Below, piece after piece: positions 14,201-26,200 of a stretch of 64,000 nucleotides of DNA. Position numbers and translations under genes: made by a program. The DNA comes from Strigamia acuminata (Eukaryota). Within the stretch, counting starts at the first letter, position 1. Each line of letters opens with the position of its first letter. The notes beneath the pieces are model-generated. The model was given only the letters and a program-made list of their open reading frames with translations, was not told the DNA's origin and did not search any database. The stretch spans positions 26,908,001 to 26,972,000 of the forward strand of contig OX442314.1 in NCBI GenBank assembly GCA_949358305.1, in the 5' to 3' direction.

Positions 14201-17200
14201 TTTGAATAGACAATTACGTCGTCTAAATAAACTAACGCGTAGTTTTGCAATGCTGAGCCTAAAACGCCTTCCATCAATCGTTGGAAAGTGCAAGGAGCAT
14301 TACAAAGTCCAAATGGCATTCGCACAAATTGGTAAGGGCCATTCGGTGTGTAAAATGCCGTTTTTGGACGATCTTCTTTACACATCTCGACTTGATACCT
14401 TTGACAAGGTCAATGGATGTGAAATATCTACCTGGTCCAGTATTATGCAATAGCAGGTCTATACTAGGCATCTGAATCACATCGAGTTCGGTGATTGCAT
14501 TCAACCACCTGTAGTCGATACACATTCTGTACGTACCATCAGGTTTCGCAACAATTACAGGATGGCTAATGAATGGCCCAGTGGCCTTTTCAATTAATCC
14601 ATCTTGTTCTAGTTCAGCAACTAATTTGGACATAATGGCTCTCTTGGCCGGATTGTACATACGGTACTGCATTCTGGGCAATGAATGCCCTTCTTTGAAT
14701 TTAATACGATGTTGAGTAACATTCGTACATCCAACTTGGTCACGAAATACATTAGATACTGCATTGACCACTTCTCGAAGCGCTAGGCGCTGTTCAGGAG
14801 TGCAATCACTACCTTCAACTAACTTCTCATCCCATTCTAAAACGGGTGCATCAGATAATTCAGTTGAATCAGCGACTGACGCAAGTTCTTCTAAATACTC
14901 GAAAGTAATTCGATTTAGAGGTGCCATTGCAAAATTATCTTCTTCCGACACATAAGGGGCGGACCAAGTAGGTTTATCAGCACAAGAGAACTCTTGGAGA
15001 TGTGGATGTGTACTAATCTTTTGTCGACGCATGAAATTGTGTCCAAGTATTAATCCACAGACTCGTTTTGCTAAAACTATGAAATTCATCGGCGTGAATT
15101 CATCAGCCCACTGTACGCACAAAGTTATTTGTCCGACTGGTTTGTGTGCTACGCCTACAGCATTAACCAACATGTTTCTGGATGCTTCTTGCAAAAATTC
15201 AGGCAGAGCTTGAGTTTCTGACAAAAGCTGTTCCCCAATATAACATTGAGAAGCTCCTGTGTCCATGAGCGCATTGTAGGTGAGCCCACCAATTGTGACT
15301 TTCATTCGAGGATCGTCTTTATTATTACCCAAAGTAATATTGTGCAAATTATTGCCTCCTATGACTCGGTTGAGTCGTCAAAGTCTACAAAATTTCTTCG
15401 TGTAACATTTATGTGGAAACAACGTCAAAGTCTTGAATTGCTTCGTCATCTTTTGTAGATTTTCATCTACCCCTCCGCTATGACTAGTGGCTTCTTCAAA
15501 AAACGTAGTTTCCACGTCCATAAACAACGAATCCGACATAGCATCAGCTATTTCTGGGGGCTGAATGAATCCTTCATCCCCCGGATCTAGTTTTTTGCAC
15601 TAGAATCAGTTGAATCGTTAGATTCGGGTTTAGCCAATTGTTTGACTATCTCAGCTAATTGATTAGTGAGTGTCGACTGCAATTTATTCTCAAAATTGTT
15701 AAATTTGGAATCAAGTTTCGCATCCAGTGTTGCATCCAACACTGGACACATCTGTTCACTCGAATCCAAAGTAAGGGACTTGGCGTTATTCTTAGGTTGC
15801 GAACGAGTGTCCGGTTTCCTAGGTGGGAAAACGACTGGATCGATTACTCTTACTCCATTGGCTGTACGGCTGTACAGCCCTTTTTTCTTCGTAATGGCAT
15901 TATAAATGTCCAAAAAAGGAAGTTCGTCTAAACCTTGCGTGTGCAAGAGAAGATCGTTGGCGGGAGTAATACTTCCCAAAAATATACTCGCAGCTCCCTG
16001 AGAGTTAAGGTTATCTTGTAATAACCATAGTTGGTAAAACTTATGTGTATAATCATACAAATTCTCAGTGTCGAGTTGTCTCAACTTAGTTAATTGGGTT
16101 GTTCGTTCCAAACATGTGGCAACAAACCTCCCTCTGAACGCTTTTTCAAAAGTGTCCCAATCATTAAAGTCATCTCGTCTCTCTTGAAACCAACTATATG
16201 CGATGTCGGTTAAGTAACCAGCCACGCCTTTTACTAACATTTCATCGAGTGAAATATTTCGCAGAAACGCAACGTTTCGAATTATACTGAGAAATCGCTC
16301 GCTTTCTTCAGTTTTACCCGAAAATACAGGTATGTCTGGGGGTTTCAAACTTATAGCTTGGGGTGTTGCAGATGTGGAATTTTTTTCCTAATTGTGCTAA
16401 TTTATGCATGTTCAATGCAATAGTAGCTAAGTCGTTCGCGGACATCCCAAAACTACTAGTTGGTCGCGAATTATCATTCGTTGATCCATTATTAGAATGA
16501 CTCGAATTATTTTGACTAGAGCCGTTAAAATTGTTGGGGTTGAAATTATTCGACCCTCCTTGATTTTGTCTACCTTGATGGCCAAAATTCGAATGATTAT
16601 TCGGTCCACCCTGGTTGCCAAAGTTTGAATGATTATTCGATCCACTGGGATTTTGTCTTCTTTGGTTACCAAAGTTGGAATGATTATTCGCTCCACCTTG
16701 ATTTCCAAAGTTTGAATGATTATTCGAATTTCCCTGATAACCTTGGTTCGAAAAATTATTCGACTGGTTCTGATTGCCAGGTTGTGAATAGTTATTCCAC
16801 TGGCCTTGATTACCGGAACTTGAACAGTTATTCGGATTATTTAAGTTATTTAAGTTCGGCTGAACTGGATAACTTCCTTGTATTAAGGGCAATTGGTTTG
16901 GAATATTATTATTTCCAGAAAAAGGATTCAAACGATTGTTTGGATCAACTACCCCTCTTAATTGAGAACTTAAATCGTTATTTAAACCATGAATGGGTTC
17001 TGCAACAAGATTCGGACAACTGTTGGCTCCATTCGGAAAACCAGGATTTGGGTTTCTATTATTATTAAGACCCATAAATCTTCTTCTATGAGAAGCAACA
17101 AGTTGATTATTCAATCGCCGATAAAACGCTTGTTCAAAACTGCCGGGTGTAGGATTCTGTTGATCCCAACGAGATTTCCGGTTGGTCGTCGGAGGTCCTG

Positions 17201-20200
17201 TCGTTTTCTGTCGATACCGAGTGATCGGAGTCGACAGATTCAAACCAGGATCTGTCGGTCCCTGATTACGTGGAGTCTGTGATCTAGAACTAGAATGCTC
17301 CGACGGGTCTCGATGTGTGTTAACAAAATCCAAAACTTCGGCCATTGTCCCAAATTGAATTGGATTCAAACAATAATCCCGACAAATGAAAAGTTCAGCT
17401 GGACCTAAATGTGATCCATCTAATGGACGATTCATTTCCTCCACGGGGGCAGGATCAGTTAATTCCACAATAGGATCGATAATGGCGACTGGGTCAGTCG
17501 GTTCAATTGAAACATTATTATCGTCCACGTGGTTTTCCACGACATTCACACTTTCCGTTTCATCTGGAACGGATACAAGTCCAGCTAAATTAATTCCACC
17601 GGTCAAACACGTTCTTTCCTTACCACGGGTATTCATCGAATGCTGGTTACTAGTCATCTTTAATCGAAAATCTAAAAATTCACAAATCAACGAAGAAGTC
17701 ACAAGCGATCTGGAGGGTTGCAAACGAAGCAATGGTTTCACTGGGTCGTTTTGGGTTTCAAATACCTCTGCAAACCTCTCCGATTGGTCGAACTTCAAAC
17801 GTTAGTCTCACGAGATTTTAATCTTGTCTGTGATTGATGGATTTCACCATTTTTCGCGGACCCATGATCTTGTCAGATTTCAAAATTATGACGTAGTCAC
17901 AAAATAAAAATGGACGATCATCCAAATTCACCGCAAAAAGTATTACTTATTTCCATAATAAAATCTTATTTATTAATAATTTGAATTTCGCTGAAATTTC
18001 GTATGATAAGAGCACGTGAAACCTTTTAGACTACTACGGCTTTGCTGTAAAGCATTAGTTGCTAGGCAACACAACAAACGAGAATTTCTTCGCCAACATT
18101 TGAATGAATTTTTCACTCGTAGAATTTTGATTTCAATGTCTCGAAATCTTGATTTTGACCGAACATTTTAATGTAGAATCAAGTATGTAAATAGAATAAA
18201 CTCTTTGAAATAAAAATATAACTTTTAATTCCTTCGAAAATGTCAATTTCCTTGTATTTTATTCACGCGAATAAAGTTAGGTTTAACTTGAAATCTCAAG
18301 TAATTATATAGTTATTAAAAAAATTAACAAACTACAAATACCTGCCGGAATTCTTTTTAGAATTCCTGATAAAACTTTGAACTTCTCGTATTAGGCCCAA
18401 CCACGTGGTTTCTCGAATCGACGACGGCGAATCGACGTTTCACGGGCGGACTTAACAACGACAAGTTCGGGCAAGATTTTCCAATTCTCGTGGTCTGATC
18501 ATTAGGCCTGACCACGCGGTAGAAATTATTATTTTTGTTAAAACATACAATTTCTTCGGCGGAAAATCGGAATAAAAGTGAATTACACTGTTTATCTTGT
18601 GAAACACTTGAAACAGAATGAAATATATTAGACACGAATATAAATTTCATTCGAAACTTATTTTTACACACAAAAATCACCGTAAAAGTTACACTATTCG
18701 AATTCACAATAGACACAAAACTTCAAATATTTTATTTAAAATTTGGACAGCCTATCTCGGTAGAACCTCCACTTGTGACGATTCTACTTTTGGCTGAATA
18801 ATTAGCCATTTAAGAGTGATAAATCGGTTTAAACAAGACATTACTACATCTAGTAACAACCTAACCGAGATAAGCTACGGAAGTCTGTACAACGTGAATA
18901 TGTGACCAAATATAATAACTTACGATTTTGTGCGATATAATTACATGTTTATTAACATTACAACTGGGTTGAGGTTCTGGATAAGTGTAACGGCGGCTAC
19001 ACTGGTTGAGGATCCGGGCGATGCTGTTCGAGTGGTGCGGCTGACTTTGCGGCATCGTCACAGTTAGCGCTACGGAGACGTATTCGGTCCCGCAGCTCGG
19101 ATATCTATTAACACGAAGAATCCTTCGTATTTGGTCGGGAATGTTCATTAGAATATTCCGTGTTCAAATCAACAAAGCATTATTGGTGTAATATAACAAA
19201 TGAATTGTTATATTGTTATTCTATGGGCGGGGACAGTCACGACAGTCGAGGGGACCATCGCGGGAGTTGTTGAGGCTCCATCCGCCAGCATGCCTTACGA
19301 CGACAAGATCTCGTGATCAGGCGCCGGGTATTTGTTTTCTGCGTTAAGTCGCTTTCAGTGGTACCAACCACTGGGTAAACAGTTCCTGGGGGACTACCAG
19401 ATCGGCATTACCAATACCCGAGTATTTGTTTAGCGCAAGGTATGAATGCAATTGCTCATGGGCTACCAACCCGGTGCGTCGCCTGTGAATAAGGCTTTTA
19501 CCGACCTTAGACAAGTCTTGCCTACTTAACGGAAGGGCCAATGCACTGCATCGGAACCCTGGGGATACGGTTTGCCCATATTTGTTAAACAGGTTCGACT
19601 TCCCGTATATGTGCTCTGGCAGAGCATCTGACCTATGATCGGAGAATCGCGCAAATAGATGCGACTATCACCGATCATATAATTTGATATTTGTTTAACG
19701 GTGTTAATCAATCCCGTGCATGGACGATATACTATGCCACCGTACGAAATCTAACTGTCCCTTGGAACAGCAAGCTAGTGCTACGGGGCCATTTCATGTT
19801 GTTAACATGTCTACTGGAGTTAGCCTTCCCAGATATGCCCTACAACAAGCAATAATGTGATAGTAATAATACATATCCATTGAGAGCTGAGGAGGCCTGA
19901 TGTGTCGATAGGAAAGTGAGATCAAGCGATAACAGCATTTCAACTACAGACAATATAAACATATTCAGAATCAAGCCAAGGGGGTCGCGCTGGTGAAAAC
20001 CAGAGCTTATATAGTTCTAGAGAACAATCAGATTGGTGACAGCCAATCAGATGCCTGAATCGATGGATTCGTGGATCACTAGTCCGGACCTAATATTGAA
20101 CTGGGTCCAGAAGAGTCCGATTGGTTCTCTTCAGAAGGTAAGTACAACAGAATATTGATTCGATAGAATCAATATCTCAAGTAAATAATACTTTGTGGAG

Positions 20201-23200
20201 TCGAATAAAATACTGTATATTTTATTCGCAACGTTTATATTAATTCTTAATATAACTCGTAACTTTATCGAGTTTAAACTGCGCGCGTTTAGATAAACAG
20301 CGCCATCTAGTGTGAACATTGGATAATACGGTTTTATAACCGTCACATGCCATTTTACATTACAACAAGTAGTTGAACATTAATTTAATTTACAGCTACT
20401 GTATTCAGGCTTTTTTGGGAGGTGCAACATAATATGAGTAAAAAATTTGGCGGGGTAATGTATCCTCTTAGTTTATTCTTGGATAATACCATGTTCACAC
20501 AACTCGATTCCACGGATTTGAATTGGAATTCATTAAATAATGTCAGCAGTCTGTAGCATTCCATTGTTGCTACTAAAACCCGGTTTGGTTTGATTGAATC
20601 ACATTTTGGTGTCAACACAACTCCATCTAAGTAAATATTGGAACTGTTCAGTTGGATCAGATCAGATCTAGCCAAACTCGATCCATTGGTTTGAACATGA
20701 TATAAGATTTAGCCTCGGAATCCAATCCAAACAGGAAGCACGAGAGATTCTGGTTTTTGTTAATAATAAAATCATAATATCAAGATATTTAGATTGTTGC
20801 CTAATCATGGTGTTGTAATTTTGGGATTAATCTATAAAAAATGGAAATTATTTGTCATATAAGTATAATATATTTTACTTCGAAAGATGATATTTGCAGT
20901 ATTGACATGGTAGACATAATGATGTTCCGTCGACTTGTAAGAATAGATTGGATTTTAGCTCCAGGTGGACGAAGGTACAACTGCAAAATTAAATAATAAT
21001 AAAAAAAACTTGATGCTACCCAATAATTTAAAACGATAATTTCATTATTTATACAGCATGTAGTAATGTGAGTGCGGAAAGGCATCATATAGTATACGGT
21101 AGATCGAGGAGAAACACATTATGGCGTACCAAGAAGTCAATGGGCCCATTAGCGAGTTGGGTTTGATGGGCCCTTTATCACAGATGTAGCTTACACACCA
21201 GTAAGATTTTTCGGTACTCACAGGATCACTTTAAAACCTTCATAGGCCCTTCATAGGCATATGTGTGAAATTTTGACAGTTTCTTTTGCGAATCTTTTGT
21301 ATTAATCTAGTAAGTAAAATAAACGTCTACCGGCTCTGAACAAAACGCAGGGTACACCCAAAATGGGGTACCCAATTTGGGTACCCAAGTGCAACGAAAT
21401 TTATCTATTTAAAAATAAAAAGTTGCACTTTTCTTTAAGATTTGTTATATTTTGACATCATTTAAGTCATGTAGAAAAATGATAACATTGATTGGGAATT
21501 ATTTCTTCCACAAATATAACTGATTCGTTTTTTTAAGATAAATCATTCCTCCTTTTTGGTTTTACAAAACCAGGAGGAGTTACTCAATCAACCAGAAAAA
21601 AATATCAACTGTGTTTGGATCATAACAGGATGTCAGAAATAATGGTAAAGTTTTTCTTTCTTTTTTAAATGATTTTGATGATTTTTTGAAAGTGTTTTAA
21701 TAATTTTATGTTTAATTTTGATAATTTTTAGTTTTATTTTGATAATTTTTAGTTTTATTTTGATAATTTTTAGTTTTATTTTGATAATTTTTAGTTTTAT
21801 TTTGATAATTTTTAGTTTTATTTTGATAATTTTTAGTTTTATTTTGATAATTTTTAGTTTTATTTTGATAATTTTTAGTTTAATTTGGATAATTTTGTGT
21901 TTAATTTGGATAATTTTATGTCTTGTTAGTCTGTTGACCACTTCTGGGTCCCGTAGCTCCACCAAGGGCCGATTATTGAAAAGTAAAGTGACCGTTGGTC
22001 ATCCCACGATCTCAATACATGGTAATGTTTATGATCGTTGATACTAATGGGACAAGGGCTGGCAGTTTTGGAAGTGACTGCCACAACAGATTTAGTCTGT
22101 TTTCAATCACAGTGGGCATAATAAAAATTAAATTGAATTCTGAAAATTTGTAAAAAATTTGATTAATCATTTCAGGAAATTTTGGGTACCCAAATTGGGT
22201 ACCCCATTTTGGGTGTACCCTGCGTTTTGTTCAGAGCCACGTCTACCCCCCTTCGAATTCCTGCTAGCATGAAATCCTGAGTTGTGACTCGTTCGAATCG
22301 GGTTGTTTCGATTTAACCAAGTTTTGCAAAAGAGCGTAATCATTGACGGTGGGTCGTCGATATTCGTAATCGTCGACGATTTAACCCGAGCTCATACTTT
22401 TGTTGCGGTAAAAAACCCTTCTGTTATCTTACCTGCCATAATCCATCAGAACAGTCATTACTCTTTCCTTTTATAAGAGCAATAAAGAATGCAGATGCAG
22501 CTCCAGCGTACTTTAGAGGCTCTAAAACAAAATAAAATGGATCTTTAATTCTTCATTTTATATTATTTTTATAACTTTTTCTGTACCGATGGTAAATTCC
22601 AAGCATGTTCCTGAATGCAGTTTTAAGTCATTGGTAATGTACGTTACATTTAACTCGAATACCTAGAATAATGTGAACAGCAGCATTAATTAAAATCAAC
22701 TGATCCTGAAATAGATTGCATAAACAAAAAAGCAAAAAAAAATCATATTCTGCCTCCAACTGCAGTGGTTTTGGAACTTGGATGCATACTGTAGCTGAAA
22801 CTGACAAAATTTAAATTTTTCCACTAACGTTAATTTGTGAGAGTGGACGGACACCATTCAGGCACGGGAATGCCCGTGGTCACAGCTATGTTCAGTTGGC
22901 CCATGGTTGATTGCTCAGGGTACTGGGACTGGCGTACCGGCCGAGTCTCTGAGTATCACCATGGTGAACAAGAGTGGAGCAGAACCGCTAGGTGTTAACC
23001 AGAGCTGTTCCCACAAGACTCTCAGCTCCAACAGGATGTTGGACCTTATATAGTCCACTCTTGCACCATGGGTCCGAGAGTACCTTTCCTATTGGTTGAG
23101 GGACCACTGACCGGATATGACGTCATCCTGGTCACTGCCCCTAACCCATCAACGCCACCTGGTTGGACTGGGCCATGCGGGAATGGTGTTGCAGTGGCCG

Positions 23201-26200
23201 GTTATCGGTCACAAGTTCATTAACTTTCAACACTTTTTAGAGCATGTGAATTAAAATCCTTCAGGTTCAGTTATTCAGTTTATGGTTCCAATAAGCAATA
23301 ACAATTGGCACACGGAAAGACAAATAAACGTGAATGCCACTTACCTTTGGAACAAAGTTCATTGCGATTTTATTCAATTTAGGCTTTTGATATCTCCATA
23401 AATTTTTGAGCGATGGGTTCTTATCACTGTTCATTAGATCAATGAAATGAATTTTGCATGGATCTTTCATAATCTTCTTTGCGTATCGTTCTCTGTATGT
23501 GGTCATTAGTATGCCATCTTTGCAGGCAATTATATTAGGCATGTAAATTGTATCGTTTTCTTTAACTTCAACTACGACTTTGATTGGTTCGCTGTAGTAT
23601 AGCTGTATTTTCGTTGCAGTTAAATATACGGCAATTATGGTATTTGTCAATAACACAATTAAACATACGAAACGACCAATCGATGGCATTTTATGTGAAG
23701 TATCGTGGCTTGTTTTAGACATTACTTTGTCATGTATCTTCACTATTTTACTTTTAAGGCTTGTGTTTGATTGACGAAGAGGCTGAGAATTGTATCTTCT
23801 AATTTTCTCGTGCAGTCGCTTAATCAATGCTTGTCCTATTGCTACCAAGGATAACAATGATAATCCCAATGAAAATCCCAAATTTCCGCCAAAGTCTATT
23901 AGCAATGCGATTATGTCGTAGTCAGGCACTTCAGTCATGACTATGAATGTTGTATCAGGCTGTTTCATTTCGACGACAACTGTACTCTCGTCGGGTGATC
24001 TCGCTGAGGTTACTTCCGATATGTATATTTGCTTTGTGCATGGTCTCAAGCAACCACAATCCAATGTCGCTTTTGTTGATAATACAGTTTTGAATGTGTT
24101 GCCATGAATTTTAGCAACAATGGTTTTATCTTTTACCTCGCTGCAATCCTTAATTTCATTGTTAAAATCCATATACGGTAGTCTGAAATTTAAAAAGACT
24201 TTATTTATATCAGCAATCAGAAGAAAATGTGTGTTTTTAGATTTTAAAGTTAGATTTCAAGTCTGATAAACTTGATTATATAGTTAATATTTTGACTAAC
24301 CGGCATTCAGGTTTCTCTTTCTGAGCCAAACATTCTTCGTAACACTTTATGCTATCTTTTACGTTTGAGTTGCACCCAGGTTGTTGTGATGGTAGGAAAT
24401 TGTACTGGAAATTAAAATTTTAGTTACTTTTTATTCTTGTACAATCGAAGTCCAACAATTTTGTATAGCACACAAAGGCAATGTCTAGTGCCAGGGTAAA
24501 ATGACTTCTTCTAAATCATCCTACTCTTCTCAATTTAGCAACAAATTTTTGGTGACTGAGAAACTTTCTTGCAAGAAGAACATGTCAACCAGGATAGTGT
24601 TCGATTTATTAACAAATGAGGGTTTTATCTTTAGTTTGAAATGATAACGCGAGCATGTGCCCTTAATTAGAGTATAAGAACGGAAAAAAATAACAAAAAA
24701 GTAAATAAATAACTAGATTTTTCCCTGTCAATAGACATTTGCAAACATATATGTAGATACCTGTCGCGAATGATAATTCACTAACAACATATTGCCCATT
24801 TCCGCTGGTGCTGCGTATTCAAAAGTCATTAGAGGATTTACGGCCATTATCTATCAAAAACAAATTTAATTTAGCAATAAATAATAGGCGCATTCACAAA
24901 TGCAAGCTGATCTTGCAGTTAAACAGGTTCTGCTGTTTAAATGTTGTGCGCATGCACACTGCGGCTGAAAACTGACTAAATTAGCCGATATTTTTTACGT
25001 TAGATTGGGATAATCAGTTTAAACGGCAGTTTAAATATGTTGTTTAAGATTTAGTTTAGTCTAAATGATTATAAACATGTGCAGTAATCTAATCATGTCC
25101 ATGTTAGGGTTCAACCGTAATACCCAGCTTTGGAGAGCATACTCTAGCCAGTTTGACCTGAGCACAGAGCTGTAACGTCCTGCAGACGTTATGCACAGAG
25201 CTGTCAACGATCGAGATGATATGATCGGCGACGAAACGATCGGCGATGATACGATCGGCGATGATACGATCGGCAACGAAACGATCAGCGACGAAACATC
25301 GGCGACGAAATAACCTGACAACAAACTAATACCACAACACACAAGAAACAGAAAACAGGATCATTTCGACGCCAATTTAGGCGACGAAATGATCGGCGAC
25401 GAAACGTGGGCGACGAAATGATTTAACTCCGTTGAACCGTAATACCTGTAACATAACGAGATAAATCATGGCCGTGTCGTTATGTTGAGACTCGGGCTAA
25501 AACCTGGCTCTATTGTTTATTCGTTAGTCACGCCACCACTTGTGGCAGCACCGTACAACAACATGTTACATCTCCCTTTTTTTTAAAAAACAAATGAGTA
25601 AATACTAATAATAAACATGAGAGATTATAAAACAAAATCAGATTAGATATGACTAGCAATGAGTTATTTAACTTACTAAAACAAACAAACACACAACTTT
25701 AAATACGAGTATTAGTATTATAATTATAAGTTCAATTTGTCCGGTGGTCGGCTGATCCGTCCGCTGCGAGTCACCGTCACTCTTGGTCCGCACACGATCG
25801 GTGATGATTGCGTCGCCGGCTGCGATGATTGTTCTGCCGCAACCGGAACGCCTGGTGGATCTGGAATCGCCTCTGATTGATGGGCCTCCAGGTTAGGCCT
25901 GGACTGTGAACGACTGCTCTGCGATGTGACAGGTAACTTCGCCTTCGTCTGCTTGAGATGCGACGTGTTCCGCCTCATCACTCGTCCATCAGGAAACTCC
26001 ACCTTGAACGATCTCGGTCCCTCAGCACCTTCTTTTATTCTTCCTCCTTCCCAATGCCGATGATTGGTTCGCACCCTGACCTCCATGTTTGGCTCAACCG
26101 GGACAGCTGGCTTCGCTGTGCGATCCGCATACAGTTTCTGTCGCTGCCGCTCATCTTGCAACGCCGCCGGTACGTCCTTCTCCACTTTTGGTTGCAATAA

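Larger units (their letters stand above)
5517..20347 (-). mobile_element. Full-length Ty3/Gypsy LTR retrotransposon 1 (long LTRs, gag-pol with several indels, extra 3' ORF) in intron 9 of copy A
   Basis: TG..CA LTRs at 5517-8146 and 18774-20347; 4-bp TSD TGCC (5513-5516, 20348-20351); empty site in the paralog near 52320; domain order PR-RT-RH-IN. Confidence 0.96.

Noticed and set aside
19885..19925. Hammerhead-like CTGAGGA..GAAA in the Gypsy 1 LTR
   Set aside because: No stem II closing pair, and the core is changed in the solo LTR (CTGAGGT).
20130..20145. Antisense AG|GTAAGT donor conserved in Gypsy 1 LTRs and the solo LTR
   Set aside because: Suggests antisense transcription, but a short motif alone is insufficient without RNA data.
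21633..22041. ORFs with KIIKIKL / FILIIFS repeats
   Set aside because: Translation of a 21-bp minisatellite inside a MITE.
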